Part shown: positions 9,577-17,717 of the stretch, in pieces
How positions within the stretch are numbered: the stretch's first letter is position 1
Layout: every line of letters begins with the position of its first letter
Notes under the pieces: model-generated
Databases searched by the model: none
What the model saw: only the letters and a program-made list of their open reading frames with translations
What the model was told of the DNA's origin: nothing
Assembly (NCBI GenBank): GCA_046497565.1
Contig: JAWOFK010000060.1
Span: 956-64,955 of the forward strand
Source of the DNA: Dehalococcoidia bacterium
Lineage (GTDB): Bacteria > Chloroflexota > Dehalococcoidia > GIF9 > AB-539-J10
Length of the DNA: 64,000 nucleotides
Direction of reading: 5' to 3'
Position numbers and translations under genes: made by a program

Positions 9577-10719
9577 CTATTTTAAGCCAAGTAGTTCCAG
9601 AAATGCCTGAATTCTGGTCCGCAACCGGCCAATGGTTGACATGGAATACTCGTCCTCAAGATAGAGAACAGGGGTGCCCGCAGATTCGATATAGCTCTTC
9701 ATCGCTGGCACATCAAAGCCATAGGGGTCGCAATACTTGTAGATATAAAGCACCACGCCATCAACCTTGTAATCCTTAACAAAACGACCAATGTGCCCGA
9801 ACCTCTGTTCCAGATATTCATCGTAGCTTCCCGTCCTCTCCCTGAAGGTCCGACTACAATATATTCCCCTCAAATACCGCTCAGCTATACCATCCATAGG
9901 GTCCGGGGTGACAGTTATATCGGAAAAGAACTCCCTGGCTCCAGGGCACAAATCGTCAGCCACCACCCAGGCCTCACTGTTCTCTATCAAGTCGATAAAA
10001 GCTATACTATCCACCTGAGCACCGACCACCATCAGCCTGGCTGATTTGGCTGCTGGAATACTGCCCCTCCGTTTGACTTCCTCAGTAACGCCATCAATAA
10101 GCTCTGTAGCCTCAGACACCGGGACACTCACCGCCACCACCAGCAATTTGGCTAACTCGGTGCCCGAGATTAGAGGTGGAGTCGTCTTTCTCAACTCATA
10201 TAAATCTCGAACCCTGGCCCTGTTTTGATTATAGAGTCCTATCGCCTCCCCCAGGTGCTGGTCGGAAATCTCCCTCCCGGCAAATCGGCTTAAACTTCGT
10301 CTAAATGTATTCAGTTCCGCCTTGTAGAAGTCCAAAGACGGCCCATCGGCGCCATGGGGCATATTGATAAAATGAGAGTAGGGAAGGTTAAGCGTGTATT
10401 TCCAGATGTCATAAGTTCTACATATACTATCACAGGCGTGAGGGATGACTATGCCATCAAGAAACTCATATTTGCCCCTGAGCGCCATATCAAAGCAGCT
10501 GCGAACCAGGGGACAGACAATGGTTTCCATCTCGGCGTCGGCCTTGGTGATTGGCTCGTTAACGTCTCCCTTTATCCGGAACGGCACAAAGCCGGCCGCA
10601 CTTATAATCTCAACGGGAGTAAAGGCGCACAAATAGCCGATAATCTTCCTGCCCTGTTTCTTCAATTCTCGGGCTCTTGAGCCGTAGTCCTGATAGTAGC
10701 TATCTACCGTCGCCATCAT
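9577..10719 (-). CDS. 2-hydroxyacyl-CoA dehydratase/benzoyl-CoA reductase family subunit (BzdN/BcrC-like)
   Basis: 380 aa, a HgdB/BcrC-like size. It is the first gene of the four-gene minus-strand operon. Confidence 0.75.
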   Translation of the reverse strand: MMATVDSYYQDYGSRARELKKQGRKIIGYLCAFTPVEIISAAGFVPFRIKGDVNEPITKADAEMETIVCPLVRSCFDMALRGKYEFLDGIVIPHACDSICRTYDIWKYTLNLPYSHFINMPHGADGPSLDFYKAELNTFRRSLSRFAGREISDQHLGEAIGLYNQNRARVRDLYELRKTTPPLISGTELAKLLVVAVSVPVSEATELIDGVTEEVKRRGSIPAAKSARLMVVGAQVDSIAFIDLIENSEAWVVADDLCPGAREFFSDITVTPDPMDGIAERYLRGIYCSRTFRERTGSYDEYLEQRFGHIGRFVKDYKVDGVVLYIYKYCDPYGFDVPAMKSYIESAGTPVLYLEDEYSMSTIGRLRTRIQAFLELLGLK

Positions 10720-10733
10720 TCACCAACCTCTTG

Positions 10734-10746
10734 TGACATTATGTCA
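10734..10746. promoter_or_regulatory. Perfect palindrome TGACAT-T-ATGTCA, candidate operator
   Basis: Read directly from the sequence. It lies 15-27 nt upstream of the ATG at 10719 of the reductase operon. The same half-site recurs at 10861-10878. Confidence 0.3.
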
Positions 10747-10860
10747 ACTCCTTTCTCCATCCATCAGTCTCCGGTTCTCATGGCAGGCTTGCTGTGTAAA
10801 ACGGGGCCAAGGCTCCGGCATTATCATGCCTTGCTTGTATAGAATTGAATCTTGGGCAGC

Positions 10861-10878
10861 ATGTCAAAGAAGTGACAT
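10861..10878. promoter_or_regulatory. Inverted repeat ATGTCA-N6-TGACAT, candidate operator
   Basis: Read directly from the sequence. It uses the same hexamer as the 10734-10746 palindrome and lies in the same intergenic region. Confidence 0.3.
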
Positions 10879-10920
10879 TTCTCCGGGACCTTCTCTGCCT
10901 GGCAGTCACCTTCAGGTTTC

Positions 10921-10949
10921 ATAATAGCCTGTCCTTGGCAGTTTGTCAA
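10921..10949 (-). promoter_or_regulatory. Sigma-70-like promoter for the reductase operon
   Basis: The minus strand reads TTGACA, a 17-nt spacer, then TATTAT. It lies about 200 nt upstream of the ATG at 10719. Confidence 0.35.
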
Positions 10950-11020
10950 TGTCGGCATAGCTGTTTTCGAACGATTGCCACATTGTACCAAAGCCCGCCT
11001 GGCATCTTATCCGCCTCATT

Positions 11021-11467
11021 CTAAGGTAGCCGCACACGCTCTCCGGCTGTTCCAGTTTCCCGCCCGAGAAACTGGAGGGCCCCGGTGGGGCAGGCCACAG
11101 CACAACTCGGGTCTCCGCCGCAAACATCGCACATCAGCACCTTCTTCTGGGGTCCGAGCAGAATGCCTCCGTAAGGGCAGGCAGGGATGCAGAGCTGGCA
11201 GTGGGTACACCTTTCATAGTCTATCGTAACCCACCCTGTATCTGGATCCCTGCTGATGGCTTTCCGATGACAGGCCGCAACGCAGGGCGGATCTTCACAG
11301 TTCAAACATATGCGCGGCAGCATTAATCCATCCATGATTATGCGGTTCACAAAGACCCTGCTGAGTTCAGGATTTACGACACCTTCCTTAACCATCGAGC
11401 AGGCAAGTTGGCACAGACGGCATCCAGAACACAACTCGGATTGAACGAAGAAGGTTTTCAACAACAT
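11021..11467 (-). CDS. Polyferredoxin-like [4Fe-4S] protein, partner of the AOR
   Basis: 148 aa with four Cys clusters (CSGCRLCQLAC, CLNCEDPPCVAAC, CTHCQLCIPACP, CDVCGGDPSCAVACP). It starts 10 nt downstream of the AOR gene. Confidence 0.85.
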   Translation of the reverse strand: MLLKTFFVQSELCSGCRLCQLACSMVKEGVVNPELSRVFVNRIIMDGLMLPRICLNCEDPPCVAACHRKAISRDPDTGWVTIDYERCTHCQLCIPACPYGGILLGPQKKVLMCDVCGGDPSCAVACPTGALQFLGRETGTAGERVRLP

Positions 11468-11477
11468 CGACTTTCCC

Positions 11478-13364
11478 TCATATAAGATGGGATGGCTCCT
11501 CGTCCAGTTTCAGCCGGGCCAGGGTTTCCGGTTTCGGCGTCCCGTCCTTATTCCAGCCCCTGAGTTCGTAGTACTCATCCAGACGAACCTCATACTCTTC
11601 GCGGTCCAGTTTTTCGCCCTTGAGGGGTTCCAGTTTGTTAGGCTCAAAGTAGACACGGGGAGGAATATCGCCCTCCCTGCCCATGCCCGTCTCACGCAGA
11701 ACAATCATCCGCTCCAGGTTCCATATCCTTTCACCGATGACCATCAATTCCTGAGGGGTAACATCCCATCCGGTGACCGCGTTGATGGTCTCGACAAAAT
11801 CCTTATAAGCCAGGTTACCTGTAGATCCCGGCCAGACGGTGGCAAACTTGCAGTAACCCAGCGAATCGATAACCGTTGTGAAGTGCTGCTGCCACATCGC
11901 CATATAAGGTTTCCCTTCCCATGATCGAAAGTCCGAGGCGATGGGCCGACCGAATATCTTGGCCAGGGCCTCTGTGGGAATGCCGAAGAATTCCAGTGCC
12001 ACCCGACCGCGGAGGTGGTCATTGCCCCGGTTGGTGGTGGCTTCCCCCAGGGCAGTCGCCCGCGAGGCCCGGTTGCCCACGGAGCACTCGTGCATCAGGC
12101 CTCTTTGCTGGTACAGATAACGCTCGGCCCCTTTGCCTATCTCTTCTGCCGCGTGGCTGGCACTCTGTCCCACCATGCCTCCCAGACCTTCGTTGCGCGC
12201 CATCTGGTTTATGAGACCCATGATGGCATCCGCATTGCCCCACTCCAGCTTCAACCCTCCGGTGTCGCGCTCAGTGAGAATGCCCCTTTGCCAGAGCTCC
12301 ATAAGCCAGCCGATGTATCCCCCCACCGAGCCGATGTCCAATCCGTAGCGGTTGATAAGGTCGTTGGCAGCCAGAACGATGTCCCACCGGTTGTTCCCCA
12401 CCATCGGGCCAAACCCCGCCATCACGTAGTATTCAGGACCTTCACCCCAGACTCCCTGATAAGGGCCATATTTTATCCGGTAGCGGTGACTACAGCGCAG
12501 GGGGCAGGAAAAGCACGCCAGTGTCTTGGTCTTGTATTGCTCTTCAAAGATTTCGTCCTCGAGGTTCTCCTCGGCGTCCGCGAAGTAGTTATACTGGTGA
12601 TTCATGACCGGTATCTGCCCACCCTCGTTCTGTATGGCAAAGATGGTGAGGGTGCCGTAGCGGGAAATGACCGGATAGAGTTTGGTCGAGGTCACCTGTT
12701 TGAGATGCTTATCAAAAACGTCCTTCATACGTTCGGGTGCATAGGCCTTCACCGGCTGGCTTCCTTTCACGACCACGGCCTTCAGCAACTTCGAACCCAT
12801 GACGCAGCCCATGCCAGTCCTGCCGGCAGCCCGCTTTAAGCCGTGCATGACACAGGCAAACCGCACCAGGTTTTCACCACCACAGCCAATAGTGGCGACC
12901 TGGATATCCGGGTTGGACATCCTGGCCATGAGAAGCTGGTTGGTCTCATAGACGTCCTTGCCCCAGGCGAAAGAGGCGTCCCTGAACTCTATCTCACCAT
13001 CATGTACCCAGAGATAGGTAGGTCTGCTCGCCCTGCCGGTAATTACCAGATGCTGAAAACCGGCGAATTTCAACTCCGGACCGAAAAAGCCACCGGCGTT
13101 GCTCGTGCCAAAGCCACCTGTTTCGGGAGACTTGGCGGTGACCTGGAAACGCGACAGACACACATCGTAGTGTCCACTGAGCATCCCCGCACCGAAGATG
13201 AGCACGTTATCCGGGGAGAGTGCATCGGTGCCCGGGGGGAGATGGTTATATAACAGGTAGGCGTTGAGTCCGTCTCCTCCCAGGTAGCGGCGAAGAACTT
13301 CCTCGGGTATGTCTTTTATCGTAACCTGTTCAGTGCTGAGGTCTATGAAAGCTACACGGTTCAT
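11478..13364 (-). CDS. Aldehyde:ferredoxin oxidoreductase family tungsten/molybdopterin enzyme
   Basis: 628 aa. The N-terminal domain (IDLSTEQV..YLGGDGLNAYLLY), the FeS motif CFSCPLRC and overall AOR-family collinearity are present. Confidence 0.9.
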   Translation of the reverse strand: MNRVAFIDLSTEQVTIKDIPEEVLRRYLGGDGLNAYLLYNHLPPGTDALSPDNVLIFGAGMLSGHYDVCLSRFQVTAKSPETGGFGTSNAGGFFGPELKFAGFQHLVITGRASRPTYLWVHDGEIEFRDASFAWGKDVYETNQLLMARMSNPDIQVATIGCGGENLVRFACVMHGLKRAAGRTGMGCVMGSKLLKAVVVKGSQPVKAYAPERMKDVFDKHLKQVTSTKLYPVISRYGTLTIFAIQNEGGQIPVMNHQYNYFADAEENLEDEIFEEQYKTKTLACFSCPLRCSHRYRIKYGPYQGVWGEGPEYYVMAGFGPMVGNNRWDIVLAANDLINRYGLDIGSVGGYIGWLMELWQRGILTERDTGGLKLEWGNADAIMGLINQMARNEGLGGMVGQSASHAAEEIGKGAERYLYQQRGLMHECSVGNRASRATALGEATTNRGNDHLRGRVALEFFGIPTEALAKIFGRPIASDFRSWEGKPYMAMWQQHFTTVIDSLGYCKFATVWPGSTGNLAYKDFVETINAVTGWDVTPQELMVIGERIWNLERMIVLRETGMGREGDIPPRVYFEPNKLEPLKGEKLDREEYEVRLDEYYELRGWNKDGTPKPETLARLKLDEEPSHLI

Positions 13365-13537
13365 GGCGTTTCCTTACTGAGAAGTCTGCCGCGAATCTTG
13401 GCCACCACGGGCGTTACCCACGTGATGCGCCACGCCTCTCCACAGTAGGGACAGACCGCCTGGGTTTGGCCCCAGGGGACAGCCAACCTCCCCCGGACGC
13501 AGCGAAGGCAGCGCAGTTCGTATGCCTCTTTCCCCAT
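13361..13537 (-). CDS. Small zinc-ribbon protein (58 aa), translationally coupled to the AOR
   Basis: MGKEAYELRCLRC..CPYCGEAW carries CxxC...CxxC. Its stop overlaps the AOR ATG (ATGA). A TATAAT box on the minus strand at 13565-13570 fits this short start rather than the 234-aa ORF-track call. Confidence 0.4.
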   Translation of the reverse strand: MGKEAYELRCLRCVRGRLAVPWGQTQAVCPYCGEAWRITWVTPVVAKIRGRLLSKETP

Positions 13538-13702
13538 CTGCTTGCTCACAACCCTTGTATCCCTATTATAGCTTAAATACAGCGCGAACGGAATCGTACG
13601 GCGAATCGAGTTCCTTATGGAGAACTTCATCAACTCGGCAAAAAGCCAGTAGATTTGTGATATATGAGTGACTCCCATTCTTTTTTGTGCTAGCATGACC
13701 TG

Positions 13703-15787
13703 ATGGAAGAGACCGTAACTACCTGTAACAGCCACTGTGGCGGCATCTGTAGAATGAAAGTGCACGTAAGCGCGGGGCGGATCGTGCGGATTGAAACAGG
13801 TGGTGAAGGAGAGACCTCGCACCGGATGTGTGCGCGAGGCCGTGCCTATCGTCAGCGTCTTTACGCCCCCGACCGTCTTCTCTATCCGCTCAAAAGGACC
13901 AGAGCCAGAGGTGCCGCCCAATTCGCCAGGGTGTCCTGGGATGAAGCACTGGACGATGTAGCGCGCGAGATGAAACGGGTCAGGGACGCCTACGGCAATG
14001 CCGCAATCCTTCACTTCTGCTCCATGGCTGACGCCCATCCCGTGCACCATGTGCAGACCTTCCACAGATTGCTGTGCCAGTTCGGCGGCTACACTGCACC
14101 CTGGGGCTTCATCTCAAACGAAGGGCAAGCCTTTTCCGCCGGCACAACTTATGGGACCAGGCCCACAGAGCCCGATCCCGACAAATATCTCGACTCGCTC
14201 CTTATCATCATGTGGAGCTGGAACCCGGTTGTCACTCACCAGGGCACCACAATCCCTCCTTCACTGGCCCGGGCCAAGGAAGGAGGCACCAGGTTCATCG
14301 CGGTCGATCCCAGATACACCGACTCGGCTGCCGCTTTTGCCGACCAGTGGGTTCCGATACGACCGGGCACCGACGTTGCTGCTCTTGTTGCCATGGCCTA
14401 CGTGATAATTAAGGAAAAGTTGCACGACCAGCATTTCATTGACACTTACACGGTTGGCTTCGACCGGTTCAGCGATTACGTGCTGGGATCGGAAGACGGG
14501 GTTGAGAAGACGCCTCAATGGGCTGAAGCTATCACAGGCATCCCTGCCGCGACGCTCACCGACCTGGCCCGTCAATATGCCGGTGCCAGACATGCTATCC
14601 TGGAGGCCGGCTATGCCGCCGGGCGCACCGCCTTCGGTGAGCAATTCCACCGGGCGATAGCTGTTTTGGAGGCAATTACCGGTAACACAATGCTTCGCAG
14701 TGGCGGACAGCCTGTATTGGAAGCCGTGAGCCGTATAGCCCGGATACCCAGCCCCCCGAACCAGGTAGAGATGGGCGCATCGCCACGCTGGAACGCCCTC
14801 CCTTACCGCAGCGCAACTGTGAACTCCAGCGCCCGGGTCAATGTGAACCTGTTTGTCGATGCCATCCTAGAGGGCAAAGCCGGCGGCTATCCCGCCGACT
14901 ATAAATTCCTCTGGCTGTCCAATAACAATTATCTGAACCAGCTTGCCGAGGTCAACAAAGCGGTCGAAGCCTTCCAGAAACTGGAGTTCATCCTCGTCAC
15001 GGAGCAGTTCATGTCGTCCTCCGCCAGGTTTGCCGACATAGTACTCCCTGTGTGCACGTTCCTGGAGCGGCATGACCTCAATGCGCCCAAGGCCATCGAG
15101 CCGCTGGGCGAATCCAGGTCGCAGCTACAAATCTGTGAGGCCCTGGCAGCGAAACTCGGTATTCCTGATTACAACGATAAATCAGACGAAGAGTGGGTAA
15201 GGTTCATGGCCGCAAAGCTAACTGAGAAACGCAATGAAGCGGGAGCAGCCCCCAGGAAAGAACCAGAGGATTCGGAGCATAAGCTGTTTCCCACCCCATC
15301 GGGAAAGATTGAAATCTACTCCCGCACAATAGCCGAGATGAGCCACCCTCTGATACCACCGATTCCCAGGTATATAGAGACCTGGGAGAGCTTGAATGAC
15401 CCGTTGGCCAGGAAGTATCCACTACAGCTGATTACGCCGCATTTCAAGCTGCGGGCGCACAGCCAGTTCCATAACCTGCCCTGGCTCCGTGATCTGGAGA
15501 CCCAGGCGATAACCATCAGCAGGCTCGACGCCGAGTCGAGAGGCATTGGCGAAGGAGATATCGTGAGGGTCTTCAACGACCGCGGTGAATTGATAATTGC
15601 CGCCCGGGTAACCGAGAGGATTATGCCGGGGGTGGTCTCTCTTCCGGAAGGAGCGTGGTACAGCCCTGACGAGAAGGGAATCGACCACGGCGGCTGTGCC
15701 AATGTGCTCACCAAGAACGTTACTTCTCCGGCCGGAGCATTCCCCAGCAATACTGCTCTGATCCAGGTAGAGAATGTTAAGAGATAA
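13703..15787 (+). CDS. Molybdopterin (bis-MGD) oxidoreductase catalytic subunit, DMSO-reductase family, cytoplasmic
   Basis: 694 aa. It has an N-terminal FeS motif CNSHCGGIC..C, molybdopterin-binding collinearity (FIAVDPRYT, PSGKIEIYS) and a C-terminal MGD-binding barrel (GDIVRVFNDRGE). There is no twin-arginine leader. Confidence 0.85.
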   Translation: MEETVTTCNSHCGGICRMKVHVSAGRIVRIETGGEGETSHRMCARGRAYRQRLYAPDRLLYPLKRTRARGAAQFARVSWDEALDDVAREMKRVRDAYGNAAILHFCSMADAHPVHHVQTFHRLLCQFGGYTAPWGFISNEGQAFSAGTTYGTRPTEPDPDKYLDSLLIIMWSWNPVVTHQGTTIPPSLARAKEGGTRFIAVDPRYTDSAAAFADQWVPIRPGTDVAALVAMAYVIIKEKLHDQHFIDTYTVGFDRFSDYVLGSEDGVEKTPQWAEAITGIPAATLTDLARQYAGARHAILEAGYAAGRTAFGEQFHRAIAVLEAITGNTMLRSGGQPVLEAVSRIARIPSPPNQVEMGASPRWNALPYRSATVNSSARVNVNLFVDAILEGKAGGYPADYKFLWLSNNNYLNQLAEVNKAVEAFQKLEFILVTEQFMSSSARFADIVLPVCTFLERHDLNAPKAIEPLGESRSQLQICEALAAKLGIPDYNDKSDEEWVRFMAAKLTEKRNEAGAAPRKEPEDSEHKLFPTPSGKIEIYSRTIAEMSHPLIPPIPRYIETWESLNDPLARKYPLQLITPHFKLRAHSQFHNLPWLRDLETQAITISRLDAESRGIGEGDIVRVFNDRGELIIAARVTERIMPGVVSLPEGAWYSPDEKGIDHGGCANVLTKNVTSPAGAFPSNTALIQVENVKR

Positions 15788-15790
15788 GCC

Positions 15791-16390
15791 ATGCAATACG
15801 GGTTTTATGTCGACCAAACTCGCTGTACCGGCTGCTTCACGTGTGTGGTAGCCTGCCGGGACTGGCATGATGTCCCGGCCGGACCGGCCAGCTGGCTCAG
15901 GGTGAAGACTGTAGAAAAGGGGAAATACCCGGATTTATTCGTTGCTTTCCTGCCTGTGACCTGTTACCAGTGCCATCAACCTGCCTGTATTCCTGCTTGC
16001 CCGGCAGGTGCCATCACCAAACGGGACGAGGACGGCATCGTGACAGTAGACGCAGACATATGCCTGGGCGCAGGCTGCCAGCTGTGTCTGGAGGCATGTC
16101 CCTACGATGCCCCGCAGTTTGGGTCTGAAGAAGACGCCAGGATGCAGAAATGCGACTTATGTGTCGACAGATGGGCGGAGGGCAGGAAGCCGGTATGTGT
16201 TGACGGTTGTCCCATGCGGGCCCTGGATGCCGGCCCCATAGATGAGTTGAGGACGAAGTACGGCGACGTCAGCTATGCCGAGGGGTTCCTGTACTCCGAA
16301 GACCTGGGGCCTTCAGTTGTTTTCAAACCCAGGCAAGATGCCAGAGGTCTCCTCACCCGGAAGATTCTGGTAACGCCCCCGGCACCATAA
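15791..16390 (+). CDS. DmsB-like four-cluster [4Fe-4S] electron-transfer subunit
   Basis: 199 aa with CTGCFTCVVAC, CYQCHQPACIPACP, CLGAGCQLCLEACP and CDLC..CVDGCP. It starts 4 nt after the catalytic subunit gene. Confidence 0.85.
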   Translation: MQYGFYVDQTRCTGCFTCVVACRDWHDVPAGPASWLRVKTVEKGKYPDLFVAFLPVTCYQCHQPACIPACPAGAITKRDEDGIVTVDADICLGAGCQLCLEACPYDAPQFGSEEDARMQKCDLCVDRWAEGRKPVCVDGCPMRALDAGPIDELRTKYGDVSYAEGFLYSEDLGPSVVFKPRQDARGLLTRKILVTPPAP

Positions 16391-16432
16391 CGCCGCCCGA
16401 TGCTCCAGCAGGTGGACCATGACCGGACTAAC

Positions 16433-17503
16433 TCACGTGCCATCTAAAGACACCCGCCTGGGCTTCATATCCTTTATCTCCCGGTAGACTTCATCAAAAT
16501 CGAGGCTGTAATCGAAATGCTCCTTGGCCTGGTGTCTCATATGTCCCCGTATCTCAAGGTTCCGGATGACGACCAGCTCTTCCTCTTCGTCAGAGGCGTG
16601 TACCAGCGGAATTCCCGAGGGACTCCATACGCCGCTTTCGCCGCAGAAGCGCCCTGCGGTCTTTTCAAAAGCACCCACGCAGTTAGCCCCTATACTCCAC
16701 ACCTGGTTATGTGCAGCCAGAGCTGAGTTCATCAGCCTCCAGATGAACTGGTAATAGTTGTCTATTCTGAGGTCGAGTAAGGTGTACTCACGCACAGCCT
16801 CCGTCCGCCAGGCCGCCGTCGTAATCATAACGTCTACCTCGTCGTAAAAAGCATACATTTTGCCCATCTCCACAAAGCACAGGTCATAGCACATCATCAC
16901 TCCCATTCTCCCGCATCGAGCATCCAGTACCAGCCTCTGATCGCTTCCCCTGCGAAAAAAGAGCTTTTCCAGCGGAGTCAGGAATATCTTGTCGTAGAAA
17001 ATATCATTATAATCGGCACCCGGCGCCATCACGAAGGTGCTATCATGGGCATGTGTCCCGCCGTGGCTTCTATCCGTTCTCACATTGCCGAAGAAGACCG
17101 TGTTCAGCCCATGGTTACCACCAGCCAGCCCTGCTTCTATGCCATCGAGCACCCGCTTCACCTCCGGCCGGCGGTTATCACTGGCCTTCAGTTGGTCCTG
17201 TACCTCCGGCTTGTGGACAGCGTCCCAAACATAGCCGGAAATACACAACTCCGGGAAGACCAGAATATCGGCGTTCACCTCGTGGGCTGCCTGTACAATA
17301 TCCTCCATGCGCGAAAGGTTGTAGCCGACATCAAACCTGGGGTTGATATTGGCTAACATGAATGTGGGGCAGGTTTCGTCTTCGGAAAACGTCACGTCCG
17401 TCACCCTATATCCCCTGAGCCTGGTGCCGCCAGCACCGTCGCCCGGATTTGCCCTTGCCCGCACATATGGCACAGCTTTTCTTTGTTTCCCACTCATTCG
17501 CAC
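16433..17503 (-). CDS. Carbon-nitrogen hydrolase (nitrilase superfamily); start uncertain (alternative ATG at 17359)
   Basis: It has the catalytic Glu motif ILVFPELCISGY and the Cys motif GVMMCYDLCF. The N-terminal 48 aa of the ORF-track call look non-homologous. Confidence 0.75.
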   Translation of the reverse strand: MRMSGKQRKAVPYVRARANPGDGAGGTRLRGYRVTDVTFSEDETCPTFMLANINPRFDVGYNLSRMEDIVQAAHEVNADILVFPELCISGYVWDAVHKPEVQDQLKASDNRRPEVKRVLDGIEAGLAGGNHGLNTVFFGNVRTDRSHGGTHAHDSTFVMAPGADYNDIFYDKIFLTPLEKLFFRRGSDQRLVLDARCGRMGVMMCYDLCFVEMGKMYAFYDEVDVMITTAAWRTEAVREYTLLDLRIDNYYQFIWRLMNSALAAHNQVWSIGANCVGAFEKTAGRFCGESGVWSPSGIPLVHASDEEEELVVIRNLEIRGHMRHQAKEHFDYSLDFDEVYREIKDMKPRRVSLDGT

Positions 17504-17717
17504 ATTCTACACCAACCGTCATCCCGGGCCAAAGAGGGCCTTCTGTTCAGGCACAATCCAGCCCTCTGGCACAATATCCGCTTGCTTGATGAGAACTTTG
17601 CCCGCGGGCAAAGGAACGGATGGGCCTGCCGGAAACTCCTGGTAAATGCGCACCTTTCTTCACAACTACGGCGGTTGATTTCAGGTGCGGTCAATCGCTA
17701 TACTAGGACAAACACGA

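Noticed and set aside
10733-11229. Short ORFs on both strands in and around the 300-nt intergenic region between the ferredoxin gene and the reductase operon.
   Set aside because: They have no ribosome-binding sites or homology, and they overlap predicted promoter/operator elements or the ferredoxin gene.
13538-14065. The 5' two-thirds of the 234-aa minus-strand ORF 13361-14065.
   Set aside because: It runs antisense to the well-supported molybdopterin oxidoreductase gene, which starts at 13703, and has no recognisable domains. Only the 3' 58-codon zinc-ribbon part, with its own -10 box and ATGA coupling to the AOR, looks real.
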